Source: Oikopleura dioica (taxonomy: Eukaryota > Animalia > Chordata). From it: a stretch of 64,000 nt of DNA. Shown in pieces: positions 49,891 through 64,000 of the stretch. The position numbers and the translations under genes are program-made. The notes below the pieces were generated by a model, which did not search any database, was not told the DNA's origin, and saw only the letters and a list, made by a program, of their open reading frames with translations. The stretch lies in the NCBI GenBank assembly GCA_907165135.1, contig OU015567.1, positions 8,680,001 through 8,744,000 on the forward strand, read 5' to 3'. Each line of letters starts with the position of its first letter. Position 1 is the stretch's first letter.

Positions 49891-52800
49891 AAAAGAGAAT
49901 CTCTTCCTTTATGTACAAGAACCTTCTCTGTAAATACAAAAAGCATACGAACGAAAGAAAAAATCATCTGAGAAACGCGTCAGAAAGGGACCTTCCGTCA
50001 GAGAGCAAACAAAAAAGTCAGACGATGGTTTCCTTTCGAACACGTTCTCTTCATACTTTTTTTTGAGAAAGAGAGTGTTCCAAAAATAGTTCCGACAGCT
50101 GACGAGAGTGATTAGGATTTAGGTCATATTCAGGTAAGAAAAGGTTCTTCGAGAAAAGGCTAAAAATTTGATTTTTTGATTATTTTGAAAAGAAAACCTC
50201 TTATTGAACTTTCAACTGTCAAAAATACTGAGTCCAAAGTTTCCTAGGTACTGTACGGGGAGGGTATTTTTTGCGTCTCGTCACTTCCTCTTCTGTTATC
50301 AGCGAAATAAAGTACAAGCTCGCGCAGACTTTGCACTACTGGGACCAGGTGATGGGCACGATCGCTACCCTCCCCTGCTTGAAGCGTGCTTTGCTTCTTG
50401 TGGCATTTTGAAAAAAAGTGAGAAAGAGACAAAACACGTGAGTGGACCCACAAGCCTCGAGGCTAGGACCCCGAGAACCCTAAAAATAGCCAGGAGGGGT
50501 ATTTTTAAACCCACCAGCCAACACGCGCGCAAATCCAAGGGCACAAACTTTTCACACGCAACCCATGAGAAGGAATCGTTAAGGGTGTACCCAACGCTTT
50601 TCACGTTCGAAATTATCACAATAATCTCGATCCCTTAACCCTTAGAGACCTCCATAATTTGCTGGCAACGCACTTTTTTACCCGTAATTTAAATTAATGA
50701 AAAGATCATTTACGCTTTTTTTCACGCGTATTTACGAACAACAGGTGGTCTATTTTTAGGTGAGATACAAGTGATTTGCAATTTGTTTTTTACTCAAAGA
50801 TATTTTGCGCTAAACTTGTCACCTTTTCCGAATAATCAAAAGAAAGGAGCATGTGTACATAATCCTATCTACAATTGCAATTTGCAACGTAAGAATTTAT
50901 CAAAAAAAGCCGGCAAGAATGTTCTATTTTTATCTGAAAATTCGGAATAAAGGACGATTTCATAAAATCAGGCGCAGTTCTTGATCCTTCGAGTTTGTCA
51001 GTCAGACAAAATGTCAAGGGATCATGCTCGGACTTAAGGGTCTCAACAGGGGTTAAAATCGCTGGATGGGAATTCCTAGGTTGACATTTGAAAGGAATTT
51101 TATCGGTAGAAAAATGATTATGATTTAATTTGAACTGATAATGACATTTTTCGAGCAGAATCGGAACACCAAAATATCCATTTTTTCAAGGAGATAATTT
51201 CAACTTGCGATAAGCTCAGCAGGAGCGCAAGATGACGCATTTTAAATGTGATAAGAACTTTTTCAGCAGTTTGCTTTATTGACTGCTAGAATCGATGATT
51301 TATTAACGATGAAACGTTGTTTATCGCGTTAAAAAGATGTTCTGACGTTCTCCGAGTATCAGATTAACTCTGGGATTAAAAATATCGTCCTATTTTGAAT
51401 CTGGAATCTGGAAGTTTTTAAAAAAAGAAAATCTGTCCGTTCCAGCAAGGCATCATTTTGTCCGGCGTTATTTTTAAATCCGGGCGGATCAGTTTCTTTA
51501 ATTTATATTTAACTCGCTTCTGTAAATCAAGTTCGATTGACGATCTGTCCAAAAGTGTCAATTATCGGCAGCGTTGCCACTCATAATTATCCATTTTAAA
51601 ATGTCATCCAGCGACTCAGAGGTCGAGACCTCATAATCCCCTTCGTACGTATCTTTTATACAATCAATAATTGTCTGAAAACTGGTCAATAAGCCTGGAA
51701 ATGTTCTTTATTATCAAAAAAGGGACGCACCTTATATAGGGCCAGGGGAGCGAAGCTCTTAGGTTTAGGCCTTAGGTAGGGCCTCTAACGAAGCGGGAAG
51801 CTATGCGGGCAAAGCCCATTGCCAATGGGCCATTGGTTAGGGTTAGGGTTAGGGGCAGCCCGAATTATAATCGTTCTTACTAAGCAAATATGTTGAAAAA
51901 TTGAAGGTTTTGAAAGCTTTTATGGCAATTTATCTTGGTGAATTATTAATTTAAAGCAGGAGAAAAAGTGTCCGGCTGTTTTTTTTCTTCTTGTCTAGGA
52001 AAAAAGCGGAGTTCCGGTTCGTGGAAACAATTAGATTACGATTGCGTGTTGTGTAGCAGTTCAGGTTGAGTAGCGGTCTTTCAACTCAGAATTCGTAATT
52101 ACATTTTTGAAGCGAGTTTATGGCTCCTGGGTCTGATTTTGTCGTTACAAGTTAACTCAAACTACTACACACCTCAGCATAAGAGATAGCCAGCGATAAC
52201 TAACTACCGGAAGAGGGAGAGAGAGAAAAATATATAGATTGTGTTATCTACAGGAATACAAAATAAGAAAGAAGTTTATACAGAGAGATTTTCTTCGACA
52301 AAGAATTAATTCAAGGTTTGAGGCTTTTCATTGATGAATTTAAATATTTTTCCCTGAATATAAAGTGTTTCATCTCTTAGCTATCATCTTTGTAAGAAAA
52401 ATTCAATCAAAGAACAACACTGAGGCACTTAAAATCTTAAAGAAAGTGATAAAGAAAAAAGGTGCAAAAAAGAGCATATCAGTATTTTCTCTCTTGTCTA
52501 TCATTTGCCCTGGCTTTTTGAGCTCTCGGAAACAGGGCACACTTGTAAGTTGGTAAGTTGCGCGCACCGCCGATTACACAAAAGCCTAGAGCTGATAAGG
52601 GGTCGTACTGATAAGGCACGCGGGAATTGGGACAATTAAGGTTTTCACTTTTCAATTTAAAGGGGGCCTAAATATCGATGTTTAATAATTAAGATTGTTG
52701 TTGATTTTTGTTGTTTTTATTAATCGAAGGTGGGCCTGTTTAGTAGCGGAAATAAGGTTCACGATTTATGATTTTTACAAGCTTCGGCCGGATGATACAA

Positions 52801-54611
52801 GGCATTATGCTCAGATGGTCAGCTGACGAATCTGAGGCACTCTTGCTGAGTGTTGATTTATAAAGCGAAAATGTAAGAATGAAACGTTCCGGAAACAGGA
52901 ACGAGACATATAATGAAATGGATGACTCCAACGGGTATTCTTCTTTTACGATACATGTCATAAATCTTATCTGAAAACTCACACAGACAAAAAGAAGAAT
53001 ATTATTTACTTATTACGACCAGGCTTAGCTTAAAATCATTATTTTTCAAATGGGACTTATTTGTCTAGCGAACAAGGATAGTCCCATTTCTTGTCTAATT
53101 GTTTTCGCCTCGCCTCGTAATGAAAGGTTTTTCGCGTTTTGAAAACTTTTCCAAAATCGTGTTCAAAATAAATCCTTTCTGGTGTAAAACCAAATTTTGC
53201 GCAAAACGCGCTGGGCCTTTTGATTTTCGTGATTTTCGCGCGAATTCTAGTAAACAGTATTTTGAGGAAATAAGGAGCTTTTGAGATTCTTGGCTGAGCA
53301 GCTAGTTATAAAGTGTGATGATTTTAAAGTTATATAAAGCCCGGAACAAGGGATTTGGCGCTAGGCGCAGAATTACGCTTGTTTTGGTTCGGTGGTGCTC
53401 GCACCAAGCACCAGCTTCTTTCTCCAGCCACCTTTCTGGAGAAGCAGCCATCTGCCAAAAGTGCGTCTGACTAGCCACTTGAGCAAAGACCTTCAACAAT
53501 AAAAATTTTCTTATAAGAGCTTTTACCCGCGCCCTTTATCATCAGGTAAATTTGATAGGAAGTGATATCAAGGAAAACCGAAAAATTATCGGAGAGTCCA
53601 AAATTTTCTTAATTTTTTCGGACAGGACATTATTTTTCATAGCTTTTTTAAAGAATAAGGCTCATTAAAATTTTCTTAATCCGTCAATCCTGACCTCTAG
53701 TCCTGTAAAATTCTTCTTGTCCCTCAATTTATCACCTCATTTTGTGAACAAAACAAGCTTCTCACGGTTGTTTCTCTCGGGAGCTTATAGAAGTGCCTTG
53801 GGATTAGGAGAGGGGCTCACGCGAAGCTAAAAATAGAAAACTGTAGCGGACTTCCGGCGCGAGGGTTTTTGATTAGGACAAGCGGAAATTACTTAGAATT
53901 GATATTAGAAAATGTAATGAAAGATGGGTGAGAAGATTGTGACTTTACAGATGGGGGAGAGCGACCAGCTGGTTTTAGATTTTTATCAGGAGTAAGGGAG
54001 GCTCAACAGATTGTGAGAAACCAGATGCGCATTTTTATGAAAAAATATATAAAACTTTTCTTGATTGAAATTGTATTTGACATTTTCTAAACTGATCTTT
54101 CTTCTAAATATTATTCAAAACCCTTTTAGTCGACATTTTAGAGTTTTAATTTCAAAGAATCATGTGATTCATGTGCAATATCTTTATCATAAATAATGTT
54201 TTACCTTTGAAGACCCATTTTTTATTAGAAGATAATCAGTAGTTATCCACGAATATACAGTGATAAGCTTTCCCCCCTCAGCAGGTTCTTCTGACCGGGT
54301 TGTAGCACCATGGGCGATGGGGATTGGTTAGCGCTGGCCCTGGCTTGGACCCATTTGCGCCCCCTTGAATGCGGTGGCGCCAAACGCGCTCGCCGTCTTT
54401 CCGCTTCCCCTCTCCATGTTTCCAGCAGGATTCTATAAAACACCTCTCTCCTCTCGTATTTTAACACAAATCAAAATACCCAAAAATAGCCAAAAGCATC
54501 CCTTTTTCGAACGTGAAATTGAATAACACTAAAAGCTTAAAGAAAAACAGCAAGAGAGTCAAGTCAATTTTCAGAGCTCAAGAAACCTAAAGAAAAGACA
54601 GCGAAGAAAAC

Positions 54612-57214
<2,603 letters not shown>

Positions 57215-57560
57215 CCATTTAATGTGCTAATTTATCAACTCAACTTTCTTGTTCAAAGTGCGACCGCTACTCTCTGCAAAAAACAACCACCGTTCTCGTC
57301 AACGTCAACTTTTCGTAAACTTGTAAAAATCTATAACAACCAAAACCAAATAATCTCCCTTTTTCTATCTCTCTTTTGATGTGCTACTACCTTCTATTTA
57401 TTATTCTTCCTTCCTCTTTTATGGAAGTTTATGTTTTTGTAAAAAATGTTAAATACAAAATAAATAGAAAAGGCTGATTTTGTGATTTAAACTCGCGATT
57501 CTTTGACCTTTTGCAAAATTGTTTGGCAAGTCTTATGTAAACCGAGAAGAAAAAAGAAGG

Positions 57561-60242
57561 ATGTATAGATTTGCAATGAGACGAATAAGAGAAAGCTTTC
57601 TCAATTTATTAATAGGCTAGTGTTTATTTTCAAAAATACAAAATTAAATTCAACCTTGAGTCTGCTTTCAGGAATTTTACTTGGCAATAAGATTGGAAAT
57701 GTTCTCCTCAAGGTAATTATTATATTTCCGGCGGGTGGGGAAGGGATTAAAATTTAATCTCGTAGAAGATGTTTTTTGTGTGTTTTTTAGAAAAGATCAT
57801 ACTTTGAATTATCTGTTGTTTAGAGACAGCGATCTGTTTGCGAAAACAAAGTTGCCGGTTCTGGATCAGAAAAATTAAGGCACAATGCAAGCGTTTTGAT
57901 TGGGATTTATTCCACTGATGAGCTCCTTCAAACCCGAGGTCGGGCAATAATGGATACTTGGTACAACTCTGTCGATAAAAATCAAGCTGAAATCGTCTTT
58001 TTCGCGAATTCGACGAGTCCAAAAATGAATATTGTTCAACTACCGGGTGTGAGCGACCATGACTATCCGCCACAAAAGAAGTCGTTTCGCGCATTGCAGT
58101 ATATTCTCAAAAATAGAAAGGACATCCATTGGTATTTGCGAGCAGATGATGATATAGTCATAAACTGGTCGAATCTTCAGCAGTTTTTGTTCTCACTTGA
58201 CCACGAAAAATCCTACCTGATTGGAGCTCCTGGCTTTGGAAAACATGAAGAGGACTTTATTCAAGAAGGCTTTGCATTTTGCATGGGTGGGCCAGGAGTT
58301 CTAATGTCGAAAGGATTACTTGACAAACTGAGGGGAAGAATCAATGAGTGTCAAAACAGTATACGCATGGGTTTTATACTGTCGTTCTAACAAATCTCAT
58401 ATCATCGATAGGGGTTATTCATAATAACTTTTTATACAAAACCGACAACAGTAACAGAACACGAAGACATAGAGCTAAGCCGGTGCATTTACCAACTAGG
58501 AGAGGGATTTTAATATTTCTATATCTCAATTATCTTTATTTATATCTCCTTCCTCATTGTCAAAAACACATGTGAGGCGCAATTAAATCCACCACTCAGC
58601 TGAAACAATGTGCACAAAAGCAACGGATGTGCAGAGCTATTTTTACCAACACTACGTGAAGCAAAAGAGTGGAACCGACGCTCAGAACTCCTATGGAAGA
58701 AATATACATCCAGCAACGGGCAGAAAAAGCTAAAAATAAAGAACGAACAATGCATTTTATATCCGTTTTCAAGACGATCTTAGACCTTCTACAAAGCGAA
58801 ACGCACTGACTCTCCATGCAAATAAAGACCCACTTGGACAATTCAACACTTACCATGCCATTCTTCAATCGAAAATTGCAATTCTAAATGCTAGAATTCT
58901 CCATCTCAAGACATCGATCAATTCGACAATTGAAGAATCTCCGATAAAAAGAGTCAGAAGTGATGAAATCTGGACTTTTACGAATCGCTTCAAAACATAT
59001 CGAATCAACCCGTCCTTAGCTCAAATCGTCAAAAATGAGCCGCATTCAGTCAAAAATATTCTTGAAGAAAAAATAGAAGGAAATTTGAGAGTCAAAAACT
59101 TCAACACAAGAGTTCTTTCAGATCGAGTAGAACATATTGTTAGATACCGAGAAGATAAGAACACTGGACCTGGAACTTCAGAGCTAAAAGTTGCTTATGC
59201 TCAGAGATCTCTGGACAAAATCATCTTCAACGAACGAAGCCCGATTTCGCTGAGAAAGATGAGTGGCGAGAAGCTTGTTTTGATAACACCCGTCTTAGGA
59301 AACAGCTTTTTACTGGCCTTTTACTTCAGCGGGTGATTTTAAATAGCTGAGGAAAGGGAGACTCGATTCTTTCGAAAAATTTCTCGACCGATTTTTGCAA
59401 ATTCGGGCAAAAATGAAAATAGAAATTGAGCTTGTCGTGGCTCTTTTCTCGTCGGATACAGTGTTGGAACGATTAATTACAGCAATTGAGCGAGTGGAAA
59501 AGGATCAAGGTGATCCCCACGTGGTGCGCTTCGTTGTTGTGGACGGTGCTTTTTCCAGAGGCCGGGGGATCGCCCAAGCGATAGACGCCGTCCATGGAAA
59601 CGCGCTGTGTAAGCTCAATTACCGAATATTACAAAATAAGCGATTTAGTATTTTTCGTCGACATCGATATGATCCTTAGCCAAGAAACACTAGAATCGGG
59701 AATCACGTTGACGGTTCCTGGCCAAGTTTATTTCCCAATTTTCTTTTCGATCTTCGCTCAAAAATGCCGTGCCCAGCAAAGCGTATCAGAAACAAATGGA
59801 TTCTGGCGGATATATTCGACTGGAATGGTTTTTATTTTTAAACATGATTATCTGAAGACCGATGGCTTCGACTTGACAATTAATTCTTGGGGACAGGAAG
59901 ATCTTAGATTCACTGAAGCGGTCATCAGTGCTAAGCTCAAAGGAACGATAAGATAGTGAGCTTACAATATCTTTGATTACGGAATGTCTCCTAGGAGGAT
60001 ATTTCATCTTTTTATGTTATCCAAATAAAGTGATACGAGTGAAGGATCAAAACCTCATTCATCCTTGGCACCCGAAAAATTGCAAGAATCTCGTTAACAA
60101 GTTCTTTCAAGAGTGCGTTCCTGTCAAAATGGCTCACTACTGTAGCTACGGGATGCTTTATGAAGAGTGGAAGTACCAGCAATCTCCCCTCTTCGAAGAA
60201 GCTAAACTCAAAAAGAAGCATTCAAAAATCGCTTTTCAATAA
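57561..60242 (+). CDS. CHSY: Chondroitin sulfate synthase-like
   Basis: Type II anchor through a GC-AG intron (57616-57671). YPPQKKSF, WYLRADDD, FCMGGPG, HEDIELSRC, FSRGRGI, FFVDID, QVYFPIFFS, WGQED, LIHPWHPKNC. Confidence 0.9.
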
Positions 60243-60765
60243 AATTGCAAACACGGAAAACTCTAATTGATCCTGATTTTGTCACCCCGTTTAGCGTTTC
60301 GTAATCCGAGTGATATTTCGTTTTCTCAACCCGTTTTCTCGCACATCACTCGCCTGCGGCGGCGTGGCCAACTTCCTGGAGGCATGCCGCTAAAATAACA
60401 ATGAAAAATGTTGCGACTGCCCTCTTCTTCATTCCCGATGGAAATTACGCTCTTCGAAAATTTCAATCTCATACTTTTCGTCAGAAACAACCACTTGAAT
60501 TCAAAAAGAGAGAGTGAAGAGTTTAAATACTTATTTCCTCAATTTGCATAAGGAAACAAAACTACAACGGCGAGAAAGGAAATCGCTCGGACTACAGGAA
60601 ATGGACAGTGCTGAGCCTCTTTTCTTATATAACCACAATAGTCCGAAAGTAGAAAGGTAACTTTATTACGTATCTGTATTTCGTGTTCACCTTTATTAAA
60701 AGTCTGAGTCTTGATCATCGCAATAGGCGCGGGTTGTTCGCCAGTGCGCGCGCAGTATCGCACTG

Positions 60766-62220
60766 ATAGCATTCCAAAACATGGCCAGAGTTGCCAGAAT
60801 TGACGCGTTTGCTTCCGTGATTCGCCGGGTGCACCTGCACTTTACCACATGATGGAGCTAACTGACTTTTTCTAGGACGATTCTGGAGTCAATCACCGAG
60901 GATGAGCAGCAATCACTCGCACAAGCTCAAACGTAAGAGATACACAGAACATGTTTTCATTTTTCCCGAACTGCAGTTGTTTGTCCTGCAAACAATCAGT
61001 TATTATCAATCAAATGATAGCTCACTCAATGAATTGTAGTGATTACTGGCAACAAGAAAACTACTACGGTGAAGATTATCAACGGTAAGAGAAGTTTTTC
61101 AGATACTCCTTCTTGATTTCAACGACTAAAAACCTCATTTTAGCCAAGCCTACGGAGCTTATTACGATGATCAAGGGTACGAAAACTGGGGACATGATGG
61201 GATCGTTGATCTAACTGGCAGAAACGATCCTCCACTCGTGAATAGAGGTACAGTCATTTACCAATTTTATCTGAAATTTATTTTTTCTCCCAGAAGCTCA
61301 GTACCAAGAGTACCAAGAAAATTTCGCGCAGCAGCAACAAGCGTACGAGCAGCATCAATATAGTAACTACCAAAATTTTGATCATGGAATCGACGTCGGC
61401 CTCCCGCAGGTTCATTCGATGGGAGGTGGTTCTTTCCATGGATGGGAAGAGGAAGCATATCATCAGGTAGGATAAGCTGTTGGTGACAGATATCATGTAC
61501 TTTTATAGCCAATGGATCCCTACGCAACAACGACCCAAACGATTGTCTTTCCTCATCCCCATGAAGACTCGAGCACGCCTCCAGAAAGCCCATCCCCTCC
61601 GATTCGCGAAGAAGGATGGATGAGAGAGTTCCATCAAAACTTCCCATCGGGTCAACATCACAGGTAAGAAAAGTCCTTCCTAGCCTTTGATAAAAAAACT
61701 TTAATCAGGTACCCTTACGATAAGAGCTACATGGATGAAAATGACAGCGATGGATCATACAATGGAGCATCAACCTACTCAACGGAGAATCCTTACAAGA
61801 AGTGGGAGGAATTCTGCACAATCTATGCCAACCCGGGCTCTACTCAAATTCAGCTTTGGCAGTTTTTGCTTGAACTGCTAAAGGTAAAACCTCAAAAATA
61901 ATTTGTGCATATTTTTACTGTAAATTTAAGACACCGAAGCATCAGCATTGCATCACATGGGAAGGTGGAGAAGGTGAATTTCGCATGATCGACCCGGACG
62001 AAGTTGCAAGACTTTGGGGCGATCGGAAAGGAAAGCCAAACATGAACTATGGAAAGCTCTCCCGAGCTCTCAGGTAAAATTCATCTCCGTTTTCATTTAT
62101 CAATTGGAGCATAGATATTACTACGAAAAAGGACGAATGACAAAGCTCCATGGCAAACGATACGCGTACAAATTCAATATCGAAGTCATCAAACGCGCGG
62201 AAATAGATGGCGCTCAATAA
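60766..62220 (+). CDS. ETS-domain transcription factor, ERG/FLI/FEV-like
   Basis: [12 protein letters not shown]...[61 protein letters not shown]. 5' end uncertain. Confidence 0.88.
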
Positions 62221-62418
62221 AAATAATTACGAACTATCTTCTCACTGTATAAAAAGCTGTATCACTGTAAATAGGAAAGAATAAACAAAGTTATTATAAA
62301 TTTTAAAGAGAAGTCGCGTTCTGAATAAGCAAACTTGCGTCAGACTTGATTAAAAAGGGATCAATCGATGATTCTCCTCTGCGAACCACCCATTTGGTCT
62401 GAATTGTGAGCTTAGGCG

Positions 62419-62937
62419 ATGGAAAGTCCCGCGAGCGCAGATGAAGAGAGAATTTCGTTGAAAAGTCTTCAGAAGAGGAAAATCATCGTTACCCCCTCTG
62501 AACTCAAAGAACCGCGAATTATCGTTCCAGAGGTACTTCGATAGCCCCAGAATGTTACCATTAGTTTTTAGGCTGAGCAATGGCTTCATGCATTTTCGGA
62601 TATGACACAGAAAGTTGCGTTGCTAACGCTTGAAACAGAAACGCTAGCGGAAGAACTTGGCAAGGTAATTGTTTCTTTGAAATTTGATGATGAAGATTGA
62701 ATCAAAGTTGGAAAAGCTCAAAATGGACCGGCAGCAGGAAATAGCGAGAACTCAGAAAGCAGAGCTCCTCGACGATAAAAGAAAAGGTACCAAAAGTCGA
62801 TGATGTCATAAAAGACGCTAATTATGTTATTTTCAGAACTCGATTACGCCGTTCGCGATCGAGAAAGGAAAGGAACTATTGGAATCGACTTTGAATCGAT
62901 TTATTTCTTGTTTCTTCTTTCGGAAATCCCTTTTTGA
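62419..62937 (+). CDS. Small uncharacterised coiled-coil protein
   Basis: Four short exons join in frame through GT-AG introns: MESPASADEERISLK...EAEQWLHAFSDMTQKVALL...EELGKLEKLKMDRQQEI... The last exon is uncertain. Confidence 0.4.
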
Positions 62938-64000
62938 AAGAACCAAACTGAACTACGAGATGGCACAGGAAAGATTGATCAGCTGCTAATTGGCTCAATA
63001 CTTTATACAGGTTCTTTTCTGACCTTATTTTCTACCGTGTTCTAGACCTTCTTTCGGTTAAAGATCAGGTGGTGGTTTAATTGGAGAGCTCTAAAAATAA
63101 TTTAACAAGTTTATGGTTTGATGATCAGTCACCTTTTCCCCAATTACAGAAGATATTCCCATTAGCAATTTATCCGATATCTGATAATACACACATGACC
63201 ACATGTCATCATTTTTAGCGATATTTTTATCGGTCTGGAGAGAAGTTTTTTAATAATTCTGATGTGGTTTGAACGTTCGAAAGCATTTGCAAAAAAGAAC
63301 AGCTGCCATGATAAGAGCAAGCATTACAGACATGTTTGATTGAAAGTTTGAACTGGAACGTGCTCTCTATCAACCCCCATTTATTGAATAATAAAACACG
63401 GAGCCACAGGAAGATCCATCTCAAAAGCTACGTAATCGGTTGCAATTAAAGACCCCAGTGGAGGATGAGGACAAATGCCATCTCGAAATTAAGGATCAGG
63501 TCAATACAGCATGGAATTGATCCTTTACGGTTCAAGGGGATCTTTTCGCATTATTCGGAAAAGACCTTTTTACAAAGAGAATAATGGACGAGTACGCACA
63601 GCTTTATCTTGCTTGCAAATATATCGAATAAAATTTATACGAATTTACACGCTTTTCAAATCAAGTCAACCATTTTTCAACTGAAGAGATGTAATATTTA
63701 ATTTTGAAAAACGAAAAAAACTGACTGGATATTTATAAATATTTATCCTTCCCACGTCAAAGTAAGCAGCTTATTGGAGAAGGTGTAAAAACGATAGACC
63801 GTTATTCTCTAAAATCGTCATTCGAGGGCGTCCGAGCGCCGCAGTCTTCAAAGTCGTCAGTTTTCGCGGAAGAGAAGCTTTCAAAGAGAACCTTGAAAAC
63901 TATCCTAGAAAATTATCTTTCTGAAACAGAGAGAAAGAGGGAGAGGAAGAAGATATGAATATCAAGAACAGAAGTTGCTCTTCGAAAATATCGTAAAGGT

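Noticed and set aside
50204-54467. Scattered short ORFs in the MEF2 upstream region
   Set aside because: No motifs, splice structure or consistent strand. More likely non-coding regulatory DNA.
60370-60379. ETS-type site (ACTTCCTGG) upstream of the ETS gene
   Set aside because: A single short match expected by chance.
63200-64000. Exon-like fragments at the window end
   Set aside because: No coherent reading frame or family could be assembled.

Overview
Very compact, intron-rich animal genomic DNA. Introns of about 40-60 nt, GA-AG and GC-AG splice sites, tightly packed co-oriented genes with pyrimidine-AG acceptors just upstream of the ATG, and GGCCCT-loop-AGGGCC histone stem-loops point to the larvacean tunicate Oikopleura (inference, no search run). 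Layout: an unknown gene and a divergent GIY-YIG-like gene on the minus strand (2-5.6 kb); a probable operon of 11 housekeeping and secretory genes at 5.9-21.3 kb (WDR74, DNAJB11-like a, PIGV, a fucosyltransferase-like gene, IFT20, VPS35, VMA21, BCCIP, DNAJB11-like b, TEX261, SERF); tropomodulin; an F-box-like gene; OTUD5; a pseudo-caspase; a RING gene with an exonic hAT MITE, next to a 2.6-kb hAT-type element carrying a 56-bp hairpin satellite; an H3/H4/H2A/H2B histone quartet; a truncated duplicate of a secreted fibrinogen-domain gene fused to an H2B-type 3' end with an intact histone stem-loop; a lineage-specific Cys-rich/propeller gene; the full fibrinogen-domain gene; MEF2; chondroitin synthase; an ERG/FLI-type ETS factor. 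Five TIR elements have readable target-site duplications. Gene names come from recalled motif similarity, and the outer coordinates of multi-exon genes are manual estimates.
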